A stretch of DNA of 63,931 nt, filler included, from Gonapodya sp. JEL0774 (Eukaryota), in assembly GCA_027604505.1 (NCBI GenBank). It is 3 parts of 3 records of this genome, joined end to end, with 100 filler letters (N's around TTAATTAATTAA, not from the genome) between each part and the next. Parts side by side here need not be neighbours in the genome. Positions count along the whole stretch, not along the records: positions 47,035 to 63,931 come from JADIIX010000274.1; 2 more parts are not named here. One strand, 5' to 3'. Each line of letters opens with the position of its first letter. The stretch's first letter is position 1. Made by a program: the position numbers and the translations under genes. Below are positions 52,101-63,931 of the stretch, piece after piece. Below the pieces are notes generated by a model that was not told the DNA's origin, made no database searches, and saw only the letters and a list, made by a program, of their open reading frames with translations.

Positions 52101-52919
52101 CTCCGTGAGTTGTGCGGGTGCGGATTCGACAGGTGGTGCGGTATGCTTGGCGCGAGTACGCCGGGCTTTCTTAGTCGGTGGCTGAGGTGCTTCATCAGGC
52201 TCTTGGAGTGGGACTTGGGGTTGGTCAACTTCCACCGTAACCGGCACCACTGTTGGACGCTGCGGCGGTTGTGAAACTATCTCCACAACAACGTCGGGTA
52301 CGTCTTTTCGATGGCGGGCAACTGGTTTTCTAACGACGGAGTTAGAGTCACTTTCGGTTATAATTGATGCAGCCGGGGAGAGGGTGATTGCCGTAGAGGA
52401 AGCGCCGCTGAGTCGTACACGCCGAGCTGGTTTCCGAGCTGGTTTCGTTGACGGAGCATGATTTTGGAGTTGAGTTGCCTTTGAGAGAGGATCCCCGTGC
52501 CGGAAGAATCCGACGATGCCGTATTCGCCAGAATCAACGATTTGATCCGATTATGGGTTTTGTCATCCCTAAGGAAACTGACTCAGTCAAAAGAGAGCTT
52601 CCTCACCGTATCTGCCTCCGTCGCTACCAGCAGGTGTCTGGATGGTGCAGTCTTGGAGTGATTGAGAATTCGAGTTCTGACCCACATGATTCGAATTAAG
52701 CCACTCAGTCCTGACATGAGAGCTGAGAGCATGCAGTTCCACTCACCGTCGTTTTCCTAATTCCACGAGTTCATCTTTGAGATTTTCGAGCTCCGTTAGT
52801 TTCTGCGCCAGTCGCTGACTTCGGCGCACGCCCAGCGGGCCCGGCTCATTGTAAAGATTCTTGTCGAAATAATGGATATCGATCCTTTCCAGGTCAAGCG
52901 TGACCGTTCGCTTCGGCAT
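49149..52919 (-). CDS. INCENP/Sli15-like chromosomal passenger protein (start approximate)
   Basis: Long disordered Pro/Ser/Lys-rich body and a charged coiled coil. The C-terminal IN-box reads EIPEIDD..RPSWADSPNLKHALL..NPDEIFG..KFRARSSSAHWLGTDRLTKEEMETYNEQMGF. Confidence 0.8.
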
Positions 52920-53391
52920 CACCGTGTGTTTCAGTTGCCCCAAGAATCTGTGGTCCAAAAGTGCACGTGCCTTCATTGTAATGGATTGCCCACCACCTGC
53001 ACAACACACCGCAAGTCTCCCATCGAGCCTGATTGATTTTATGAATAAATACACTCTGGCCTCAAATTATCATTTGAAGGATCGAGGACACTCTCTATTT
53101 TACGCCTGGATACAGCAAACATCAAGAATCATATCGCTGTGTACCATCAGGACTCGCGTTAATACTTAAAAAATTCCATTAATGAGTCCGAGAAATGTTC
53201 GGCTCCCTGGTTGCGATTTTACGGGCGCTCTTTCGGATCTCCGGCTGATCGTGGTTTGCCTGTCGGTTGAGGCAGCTTCACCCGCTGAGCGCGTCCCATA
53301 TAAACGAGATCCAAATGAACAACACCATCATCAGTTCAAGACTCACTGTATTCTCAAACATCTTGCTTCATCATCTCTCTCTGCTCCCACA

Positions 53392-54545
53392 ATGGAATCG
53401 ACGGACGCTCTTCAAGTACGGCAGACGCCCTTCACAGGGCTTCGAACGCGAATGCCCGACAGGACTCTCTTCCCCTTCAAGTACATGTTCGGTATCAGGC
53501 ATTTCGTTGCCTTGGGGATGGTTGCATCAGCTTTCCTGCCTCCTTACTGGGCTCTCCTTCCGGCGGCTGCTCTGACGTTGCCATCCTTCCTGTCGTGGTG
53601 CGGACGATCGCTTGGACTTATCGAGGAGCCCACGCTAAAGGAGATTCGTCGTGGAAGGCACACGGCCAGAATCGAAGGAGACTTTGTTGTCTTCCAGATC
53701 GGAGCGAAATGTGAGTAGTCAAGGAATGCAATGCAGAGGTACGGCGTGATCTTGATTGTTCTGTGCTCTGCTTTCGACAGGGAACGGACCCAGTCCCTTA
53801 AATTCTACCTTCAAGACAATAGGTATGTTTCCCTGTCTCTTCTTTCTTGTGGAAGTCGTTCTGAGCAGTGGGTTCTCGTACGTACTCAGGGGACGCGTTT
53901 GTGGGGATGGTCAAAGAGCTCGAAGCCGCACCAGATTCGTGGGGCTATCTGGGATCAGAAACGTGCCTAGGAACGGATATGAATGGACCTGTAAGTTTTT
54001 CGCAGTCTATAGCTCACCGAGCTCGCAACACACATATTCTTATTACCTTCCTCTCATTGCAATTTAGTCGCTGGTGACAATCATGTACTGGCGTTCGTTT
54101 GAGCAGCTCACCAACTTTGCTCGAGGAACAAACTCGCTGCACTTTCCGGCGTGGAAATTTCTGATGGAGCAAGGGCGGAAGAATCCGTCTGTTGGGGTGA
54201 GTTGCTAATTGGATGCACAACTTGGACATTCAACGTGGCGCCACCACTAAAGTAATTTTTCTTTTGGTCTTCAGTTCTGGCACGAGACATATATAGTAGC
54301 ACACGCTCAGTACGAGAACGTATACATCAACATGGCTCCCATGGTGGGTTCAACGTTCATTGTCGTTGACCAGCTTCTCTCTGAACCTCATTTCACACAA
54401 CTATTGTCTCGATCATCAGGGCTTGAGCAATTGTCTTCACACCACTACAGTTCCCGCCACCGGACACCTCGCGAGCGCGAAAGGGCGAGCGGGGATCACG
54501 AAGGGTGAAGATTACGTGGTCGAGAATGGGAAGCCAGACTACTGA
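53392..54545 (+). CDS. DUF4188 family putative monooxygenase
   Basis: ARIEGDFVVFQIG, MVKELEAAPDSWGYLGSE, IMYWRSFEQLTNFARG, HFPAW, FWHETY and YENVYINM. Confidence 0.8.
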
Positions 54546-55295
54546 GCGTTTGAAAGGGAAGGCGGGGTTTTTCACACTATTGCTATTGTAGTTGATGTAC
54601 ATACCACTTGATAGAAGACATTCTTTTGACGTTGTGAGAAAGTCGAGGGAGTGCCATTCGGGAAACAGCAATGTCTGAAGCAACTTGATCTGTTGGGCAT
54701 AATCGAGAAACTCGGTGCTTAAAGCAACCAAGCTGAATACCTCCCAACCCGGGCTGGGAGTGGCTTTCAATGTGGCGGTGCGCGCTTCACTGCCAGGTGT
54801 CAGAAAGACATTTGATTGGGTTCGCGATCACAACCACTTTCCAGAGTCTCAATAAAATAGGTACGTTTTACATATTTGCATACGTTATTATGTCTGTCTT
54901 TGATCCATTATCGATCAGGTGAAGCGTTCGGCGAGTGGCCACCTCGCGAGTGCGCGGGAATCACAAAAGGGGAGGACTACCTTGTGGAGATTGGCAAACC
55001 AGATTGCTGAGTGACGCGACTCGGTGGTCTTGTGATGGGGCATTATTTGTGACAGATGCTTTATGTTCATTTACATTGTTTTCGTTGGTGTGTTCATGCT
55101 TTATACACATGGAAACCCACTGCAGGATCGAGAAATGACTGATATGATATCCGCTAATCAGTGAGAATGTAGTGACGTTAGCTGCTCGTCCTTCTTAAGT
55201 CGGCGAATGGTGGTTGGGCGTGGTCGGCAAGTACAGGTGCATTCCAATAAAAGTTTTTCAAGTGGGTGTTCAGCACCACTGATCTTCAACATTCG

Positions 55296-58200
55296 ATGGT
55301 CGTCGTGACGCTTACCGTTTCTCAGAAGGCTCCAACGCCACCATATGGTATGAATCGCTCTGTTTGTGGTGTGAGAGTTCTGCTGGGGTTCACATTCTCT
55401 CATAACTTTCTGGAACTTGTCTTCACCACCAAGCTCCATTGGCCATCGCTGCGTACCTCAATGAGCACTCAACTACCCCTGTTGTCGAGATTTCAGTCTC
55501 AAGTGATCAAACTTTAGACATCTCAACAGTTTCGGATGGGTGAGCACCTGCGCGCGATTCTAACAGTTGAATCCAAGAAAATGAAAAGCACCCGTTTCAC
55601 AGCAAGACACTTTCCGGAGCAATCAAAGTGGCACGCTTTCTGGCTCGATCGTACCCGGACCTATACTTCCTCCCAGCTGACCCGGCAAATGCTTCCTTAG
55701 TTGACTATTTTGTCGACCTCGCGGCAGACTTTCTGTCGCTCACGGATTTCAAGAAGTTGTCGGCCACGCTCAGTCAATTGGACAGTCACTTGACGACAAG
55801 AAACTACTTTGTGGGCTACGAGTTGAGCCTTGCGGACTTCGTTGTGTGGGGTGCTCTTCGGGGTGAGGATTTATCGACCACGTAGAGGGTCGCTGTCTCT
55901 TGAGCTACTTTCCTGTTGGGCTGACTTAAGATGGCAGCAAACGCTATTTTCCAGCGCCAGATTAAGACAAACGCTCCTATTGGCGTCCACCTTCTACGGT
56001 GGTACAATTTCGTCACCTCTCTTGATTGTGCATCCACTGCCGTTGAGTCGCTGAAAAGGGCAGCCGAAGGAGCTAAGGTAATATCTGCCTCAGTGTTTCG
56101 ACCAGTTTATGAGTTTACGGCACTCCATGCCCCCGCAGACCTCGGTTGACCAGGGAAAGTTCGATATTCCGCTAACTGGTGCCGAGTACGGCAAAGTTGT
56201 GACCCGATTTCCTCCTGAGCCTTCTGGATACCTACACATTGGCCATGCGAAGGCAGCCCTTCTGAACGATCACTTTGCGCGCACTTGGGGGGGCAAACTC
56301 CTCCTGAGATTTGATGACACGAACCCGAGCAAGGAGAAGGCAAGTCACGGACTTGATCCGAGTGATAGGACCGATGATCGTTTTCACGTTGCTCTCTGTT
56401 TAACAGGAGGAGTTCGAGACCTCGATTACCGAAGACCTTGCGCTCATTGGAATCAAAGCTGACTCTGTGTCACACACGTCAGACCACTTCGACCGTCTTT
56501 ACCAGATTGCTATTGACCTTATAAAGAAGGGAAAGGCTTACGTCGATGACACGGACCAGGAGACGGTGAGTACGCCAGACAGAATGTCCCTTACGTTGAA
56601 CATTGCTGGTGTTGAGATCTGACGTGTTCTGAATACCGATATGCATATTATAGATGAGAGCTGAGCGAATGGACGGCATTGCGTCCAAGTGCCGAGATCT
56701 TTCAGTGGAGGAGAACCTTCGGCGGTTCAAGGAGATGACAAATGCAACTGAATGGGTAAATGCTCCAAACCAACAACTCGGCTCTTAAAGCTTATTTATC
56801 AACGCCATTCACGCAGGGCCTCACTGCATGTCTCCGTGCTAAAATCTCGTTTACAGATACGAACAAGGCAATGCGTGATCCGGTCATCTACCGCTGCAAC
56901 CTCACTCCCCACCACATAACTGGAACCAAGTACAAAGTTTATCCTACCTGTGAGTGGGCTGTAACAGATCGAAGATTTTTTGATGGATATTGAGCAGTGT
57001 TGGTGTATTTTCCAGATGATTTCGCCTGTCCTATAGTCGATAGCTTGGAGGGTGTGACTCACGCTCTCAGGACCAACGAATATCGAGATCGTAACGACCA
57101 ATATCAGTGGTTTCTGGAAGCTTGTGGGGTGCGAAAAGTTCACATATGGGACTTTAGGTACGAAATATCGTGATCCCTGTGTTACTGGTGACCTCTTGCA
57201 CTCATATCTCCTCAACTCGACGTCTACAAGTCGTCTCAATTTTGTATACACCCTTCTCTCCAAACGCAAACTCACATGGTTTGTGAACGAGGGTCTCGTA
57301 ACAGGCTGGGACGACCCACGATTCCCCACTGTTCGCGGAATCCGGCGGAGGGGTTTGACGATTGATGCTCTGAGGCAGTACATCCTCATGCAGGGTTCTT
57401 CGCAATCGACTATCTTGCTGGAATGGGACAAGCTATGGGCTGTGAACAAGAAGGTCATCGATCCCGTTGCGCCGCGGCACACGGCATTACTAACAAAGGA
57501 ACTGTGAGTAGGGAAGAAACGTAAACGGAACCAGATCGTCCTCACACAGCCTTTTCTCTAAGCGTAAAAGTTAATGTCTTGGACGAGAAGTTCGCTCCTC
57601 ATGCCAAAGATCTCCCAAAGCACAAGAAGAATCCCGAAGTGGGAACAAAACGAACCACCTTATCCACGAAATTCCTCCTTGAGCAGCAAGACGCGCGTGA
57701 GCTTGTTCTGGAGGAGGAGGTCACCCTCATGGACTGGGGTAATGCTATCATCAAGGCGATTCGGAAAGGTTCCGGCGGTGCTGTGCAGGAGATTGATGTG
57801 AAACTCAATCTCGAAGGAGACTTCAAGAAAACTAAGCGGAAGCTCACATGGCTCTCAGACAAGGCTGTTGGTATTGATGGAAAAACTGAAGACCTTGTCC
57901 AGCTGCGTCTCCATGATTTTGACTTCCTCATCACCAAGAAGAAGCTCGAGGAAGACGATAATGTAGCAGATTGTCTCGCGCCTGTCACAGAATTTGTTAC
58001 GGAAGCATTGGGAGACGTCAACTTGAAGCTTTGTAAAGCAGGTGTGTCTGAAAGAGCAGTTGTTGCAGGTTGATTCGCAACGGACTACGGTTCTCAAAAG
58101 TGATTGCCTTCACTCAATGGTAACGCACCAGGGGACATTATCCAACTCGAACGGAAGGGATTCTACATCGTGGACTGGCCATACTCGCTTTCAACCAACA

Positions 58201-59619
58201 CCGTCAACCTGATTCTCATCCCCGACGGAAAAGAGAGTACCGTAAGCAAAGCTGCAGAAGCCGCAGCCAAACTTGCGCCACAAGCCAAGGCGAAAGCTGC
58301 TACTAAGAAGGATGACAAGCCTGTGTCTGCAGCTGGCGCATCGTGGAGTAAGAAGACACCCGCGCTAGCATCATCGAAACCTGCCGCTGCAGCCGCTGTG
58401 GTGGACAAGTCTGTTTCCAAGCCCAAACCCCCTTCGATCGGCGCGCCTTCTCCAGTCCCCGCACCACACAGTGTTTCGCGGATGTACATCGCCCCTCCCA
58501 TTTATGCTTCAGTTCCACTCCCGACACCCTCTGAAGTTTCGCGCATGTATGTGATTCCGAGCATATATGGATCGTGGACCGAAGGAGATCAGGATGTCGC
58601 AGCAATGAATGGTGACGCCGCGGCAGTGCCATCCCCAGCTGTGATCAACGGAGCCGGAGTAACGAAAGTGGAGGCAGTCGTAGACAAATCTGCAAAGGTG
58701 AAGTTCTGTTTATGACAGACGTTTCGCTTGATTGCATCGATCTTACATTCTCGGGATGCAGGCCGAGAAGAAGGACAAAACCAAGGGTAAAGAGTCTGTT
58801 CCGAATGAGAAGAGCCAGGGGAAAGAACCTCCACCTGCTGATTCTGTTACTTCAGGGTCTGGCGATGGTACAGTTCTGATTTCTCATTTTTCATGGTGAC
58901 CATTGTCATTGACCATCTTCATGCGACACGCACGTTTATTCCACTGCGTAAAGCTCTCATTTCAAAGATCGATATCCGCGTCGGTAAAATCCTCTCGGTA
59001 CAGAAGCACCCAGATGCAGACACGCTCTACGTCGAGCAGATTGATGTCGGGTTAGTGTACCCGCAAATCAGCCTGATCAGTGTTTGTTCTTGATGTCGGC
59101 CTCACAACTGTGCACTCCCCTTCAAAATACACATACAGTGAAGCAACCCCACGCACAGTCGTTTCGGGCTTAGTTAAATATCTTCCCGCATCTGCGTTGC
59201 AAGACCGCATGATTCTTGTGGTGTGTAATCTCAAGCCGGCAAACATGCGGGGTGTGAAGAGTATGGCGATGGTTCTCGCAGCATCCGATCAGGGAAAAGC
59301 TACCTTGGAGCTAGTAGCTCCTCCAGCAGGAGCCGCTCCCGGTACCAAAGTGAGCTTTGAGGGATACGAAGGTAAGTTTCAAGTGATTTTTCGCTTGGTG
59401 GTGGCGCGAGCACGCCATTCACACTACCGTCTGCTGCTGGATGCAGGTACCCCGGATGAGCAACTTAACCCCAAGAAGAAAATTTGGGAGACCGTCCAGC
59501 CAGAGTTTTCTATTCGCGATGATCTGGTTGCAACTTGGAGAGGGGTGCCTTTCAATGTTGGCGGAGCGGGATTCGCAAAGGTCACGGACAAGAAGTTGGT
59601 CGGAGGGAGCATCAGCTAA
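55296..59619 (+). CDS. GUS1: Cytosolic glutamyl-tRNA synthetase (N-terminal GST-like domain) with C-terminal Arc1p/EMAP-II-like tRNA-binding domain
   Basis: [21 protein letters not shown] (HIGH), [49 protein letters not shown] and [10 protein letters not shown]. Phase-compatible exons then lead into [28 protein letters not shown]...RTVVSGLVK...[23 protein letters not shown]...LNPKKKIWE. Confidence 0.9.
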
Positions 59620-59884
59620 GAAGCTCCTCAAACGCACTTCGAAAAAGTTTGATGTAGAGTTAGAATTCCAAAATATCCGTCCGAACAGCCTCTGCCTTTC
59701 TGAATATAGCTTCTCCTCGAATATCACCTCCTGACTTTCAGTGATTCCCCGTACACGGCCGCGATCCCGATTATTTTGTGAAGTCTTTTACTCCGTGAAT
59801 GATAATCCTGAATGATACACTCGGGATGAACTGGATTTCACTGTGTAAATACTTACACATATTTCCAATTCAAACGCATGGCAC

Positions 59885-61323
59885 ATGTCTTCCTTCTTGC
59901 AAATATCGCGAAAAGTTGTACAGACGACTCTGACAACGCGCATTGTTGCTGAGCTCTATCAACCAACATCGAAACCACCTCGAATCTCTACTCATCAGCC
60001 TGTAGACCTCATTTTGCTCCACGCGAACGGTATACCGAAACAGACATGGATTCCAGTGGTAGAACGGCTATTTCAGCGGAATTTAGATTTAAGAACAGTT
60101 TGTGCCTTTGACTCTCGCACGCAAGGGGACTCGGGTCTTTTGAATGATCAGTTCAAACCTTCTGTGTTGGTGAGTTGAGGGAGCGTGATGCCGAATCGTT
60201 GCATTCTGGCTGACGAAGCATGCTTGTCAGGACTGGATGACAGGCGTAGAGGATCTAGCTGCCCTGATCTCGAAGCTGGAGATCGGGAAAATGCGGGACG
60301 GAAAGCTTGTGGGGGTGGGGTTAGTTTCATTGTGGTGGTTGAACCAGCACTATCAAGTCAGCCAATGAGCACGTCTTGTTTCTTGCAGACATAGCTTCGG
60401 AGGAGCTATAACGTGAGTCTTATTCTGTGCTTCGTCTGCAATGGGGTCGCTTCTGATACATATAGGTTCCGATGACACTACATGTTATTAGGCTGTACAC
60501 TGAAACGCAACAACCGAAGACATTCGACTCCATTGTCGCCATAGAACCCGTTATCATTCACCCAGAATATATTGCTACAGGCAAGTGGGACGAGTACCTG
60601 GCAGCACTGGCGGGAGGTTCTCGACGCAGACGAGCAGTCTTTACAGATATGTGCGGCATACGATCAAACTCACCGTAGGGATCAGCATCGGCTATTAACT
60701 ATTTGATGTTTTGCAGAGACGACGCTAAGACTCGGTGGTCTCGTCAACCCTTCTTTCGAACCTGGGATGCTTCTTCCTTCCAACAGTATCTGAGCGATGG
60801 TCTTTACCCAGTTGTGACGACGGATCCGGATGGAACAACTTCAACGACTTGGAGATTGAAAACATCTCCGGACCAGGAAGCTGCCTGCTATCTTGGCTCG
60901 AAGGCTGTCAATCTACAAAACTTTGGTTCGCTCGGAAGAGTGGAGGCCCGAACGGTACTCATCAGTGGCAGGCGATCGGAATACTGTGAAGTGACATTTA
61001 AGGGAGCAGACGGTATGCTGGCACCAAAAGATGATGCTGTATCAACATACATCAAACGTTCGAGACAAGTTTGGTTTGAACATGAGGGGCATATGGTAAG
61101 GTTCCCAATGCTGAAAGCAAACCGATTATCTAATCCTGTTACTCGTTTTGCTTAATTGACAAAGATCCCGCAAGAGAACCCCGAGGGGATCGGTGAGTTG
61201 AAATTGATCTGGTCGAGCACCTCGTTGAGAGTGATACTTCACGCTAACGTGAACTACTATATCACCTTCACGGAATCCTCAGCGGCGGAGATAGAGAAGG
61301 AAATCAAAGAACTAAGCTGCTAG
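59885..61323 (+). CDS. Alpha/beta hydrolase (Abhydrolase_6 / LPX1-like)
   Basis: LILLHANGIPKQTW, AFDSRTQGDSG, spliced G|HSFGG nucleophile elbow, IVAIEPVI and EGHM. Confidence 0.8.
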
Positions 61324-61503
61324 ATAGATATTCGAGCGCACAGTGATTGTTTTCGACCATATCCATGGTATCGTTATACAAATAATCCTGCTCACTCGGG
61401 TACACCATCTTTATCACGTAATCGGTTTTCTTTCCGTTGAGTTGCTGATAAAAGCCACGCATACTACCTCCAGTGTCTTATCTCAAACTAATCCATTTGA
61501 GCC

Positions 61504-63250
61504 ATGTCCTCCACGGCTACCGTAACTGCGACATCTCCCACGAATGGCGGCTCTTTGACACTTGCCACTGCAAACGGGAACGGGCACACGGCTAGCGAGG
61601 CACGCGCTGATGGACACGCTAATCTCGGATTCGGAACTCTTGCTGTGCATGCTGGTGAGTTGCTGGAAGTGTTAGTGATGGTACGAGGATGACAGAACAG
61701 GTAGTGGGGGTAATCCGGAATCGGAGACATGAAGACAAGAGACATAACCCGTTGAACCAAACATTTGTGTAAACCCATTCCACGTCAGGTCAATCCCCCG
61801 ATCCCGTGTCTGGCGCCGTGATTCCGCCCATCTCCCTCTCTACGACATTTCTCCAACGTGCACCAAACGATCCAATTGGTGGATATGATTATTCGCGAGC
61901 AGGGAACCCGACGAGGGCCAATTTCGAGGATGCAGTAGCGAAGTTGGAGCATGGTACACACGGTAAGAATGCAATTCGCCAATAATTGTGACAATACAGT
62001 GTTGACCCGATCGGTATGCGTGGTCACTGCAGCCCTCGCCTACGCTTCTGGTTCCGCCGCCACCTCAACCATCATCAATATGGTGCCGACTGGCTCGCAT
62101 GTTATCTTGGTGAACGATGTTTACGGTGGCACCTTTCGTTATATGACCAAGGTCGCTGCACAGAATGGCGTGGAGTACGATTTCGTGGAACTCAGAGACC
62201 CCAATAACCTCATCAAATACATTAAGCCAAACACACGTGTGGGTAGCAATTATCGAATATTTTGAGGAGGGATCAACGACTGAGCCCGCGTCCACAGCTC
62301 GTCTGGTGCGAGACGCCCACCAACCCGACTCTCCGCCTTGTGGACATCGCGGCCATCTCCGCCATCATCCGCCGTTACAACTCCGACGCGAGCTTCCAGC
62401 TTCCCGCCGCCCGTGACCCGCCCCTTCCCCCTCCTCCTACCCCCCAGGAAGGGATCCCCCGCATCTCATTTGTGGTAGATAACACGTTTATGAGCCCCTA
62501 CAACCAGAACCCTCTAGATTTGGGTGCCGATGTGGTGGTGCACTCTGTGACCAAGTACTTGGGAGGTCACAGCGACGTGGTGATGGGTGTTGTGAGTGGC
62601 CTCCCTCGCTCCGAACCGTGTGCACTGCCCTCGCTCACATGTCTTCTCCACATTACAAGGCCATTACCTCCAACCCTGCTATCTACACCCGTCTCAAATT
62701 CCTTCAAAATTCCATCGGCGCCATCCCTAGTCCCTTTGACTGCTACCTCGCCCACCGAGGCCTCAAAACCCTCCACCTCCGTATGCGGGCCCACGAAACC
62801 AACGCAGGCACCATTGCTCGATACCTCGAGAAGCACCCTAAAGTACTCGAGGCGATTTACCCCGGTTTGGAGAGTCACCCGCAACATGCGTTGGCGAAGA
62901 GACAGCAGAAGGGTTTCGGAGGAATGGTGAGCTTCAGGATCAAGGGTGGGAAGGATGAAGCATCGAGGTTTTTAAGCGCGCTGAAGTTGTTCGCTCTTGC
63001 GGAGAGTTTGGGTGGTGTAGAGGTGAGCTTGTCGGAGTAGTCATTCTTCTTCGAGCGCAGAGGTAACGGACGTTTTGCCAAACCGTCGTAGTCTCTCGCG
63101 GAACTCCCCTCCGTTATGACTCACGCCTCGCTCACCCCCGAAGCCCGCGCTCAGCTCGGCGTCACTGACAGTCTGGTGCGCCTGTCGTGCGGTGTGGAGG
63201 AGGTGGAGGATTTGGTGGCGGATCTGGAACAGGCTTTGGCGAAGGCGTAA
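61504..63250 (+). CDS. CYS3: Cystathionine gamma-lyase (Cys/Met metabolism PLP enzyme)
   Basis: GFGTLAVHAG, GAVIPPISLSTTF, YDYSRAGNPTR, DVYGGTFRY, ETPTNPTL, VVDNTF, HSVTKYLGGHSDV, RGLKTLHLRM and FALAESLGGVESL. Confidence 0.93.
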
Positions 63251-63500
63251 AATCTAAAGGCAGGATTAGAAGTCAAGTGACATAGAGTGGACACAGTGTG
63301 GGTTCCGAGGAGTTGTGCACTCTGTATTCATAACGAATCCTCGTGATGGGTGTATATTTATGTGTAAAAAAGCTTTGAAAAACAGAGAAAGACGACCACC
63401 GCGAGAATACCAAAGTTTGCCCGAACAGACTTGCCGCCTTCCCCTCACCCATAACAAAACCTTCTACGAACGTTTCGTCACGACAGACTACAGCTGCACC

Positions 63501-63931
63501 CTACCCAACAACCTGCACATCTTCATAGCTCACCACCTGCCTTCCCGCCGCCGGAGCCACCGCCGCCGTGTTGTCTTCCTCCATCGGTGCGCCCCCCTAA
63601 CACAAAATAAGATGCGCACAAAGAAAGTGTTTTAGAGTGGACACCCATGTATGTGGAAGAGGAGTAGATTTGCGGTGCTCACCTGCATGTACGCTTCCAA
63701 ATCCTTGTCCAAACCCTCGGCAGTCTGCGGCTGCCTTGGCTCCCTCTTGGCACCTCGCTCCCTCGTTGCAGGCCTGGCGCCACCGGATCGCCCACCACCA
63801 CCGCCCCTCCTCGCGGGAGGTGCAGGTCCTCGCCTCCCTCGCGCAGGTCTCTCGGCTCCACCCCCCCTCCTTCTGTTCTCATACTGCGGCTCGTCATCTT
63901 CCATCGCATCGACGTCGACTGGAACGAGCAC
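63501..63931 (-). CDS. 3' end of Yra1/ALY-REF-like mRNA export adaptor (RGG + FoP/REF-C motif), partial
   Basis: An RG-rich segment is followed by PQTAEGLDKDLEAYM, then a GT-AG intron and a short last exon ending in TAG at 63501-63503. Confidence 0.7.

Overview
This is eukaryotic, intron-rich fungal genomic DNA with short ~50-80 nt GT-AG introns and occasional GC-AG introns. The gene content suggests an early-diverging zoosporic fungus, which is an inference only. Two 100-nt N spacers carrying a TTAATTAATTAA linker (23609-23708, 46935-47034) split the window, so adjacency across them is unproven. The left ~38 kb is an accessory compartment rich in repeats and pseudogenes that holds three immune-receptor-like genes. 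(i) A minus-strand non-RD kinase-SH3-LRR gene whose C-terminal LRRs are encoded by a near-identical 143-bp tandem cassette (84-nt exon + 59-nt intron) that runs off the window start. (ii) A paralogous plus-strand kinase-LRR gene which, together with an intron-containing tyrosine recombinase, lies between two ~2.3-2.5 kb inverted repeats. (iii) A PNP_UDP-NB-ARC-TPR NLR with ~21 42-aa TPRs, split by one in-frame TAA. This compartment also has a solo LTR with a TSD, a probable non-autonomous DNA element and a CpG-depleted transposon relic. The right ~26 kb is ordinary gene-dense sequence: NAD kinase, TmcB-like membrane protein, VPS26, INCENP-like protein, DUF4188 protein, glutamyl-tRNA synthetase apparently fused to an Arc1p/EMAP-II tRNA-binding domain, an alpha/beta hydrolase, cystathionine gamma-lyase and the 3' end of a Yra1/ALY-like gene. 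Gene spans are given start to stop including introns, and the exon structures were inferred by hand.
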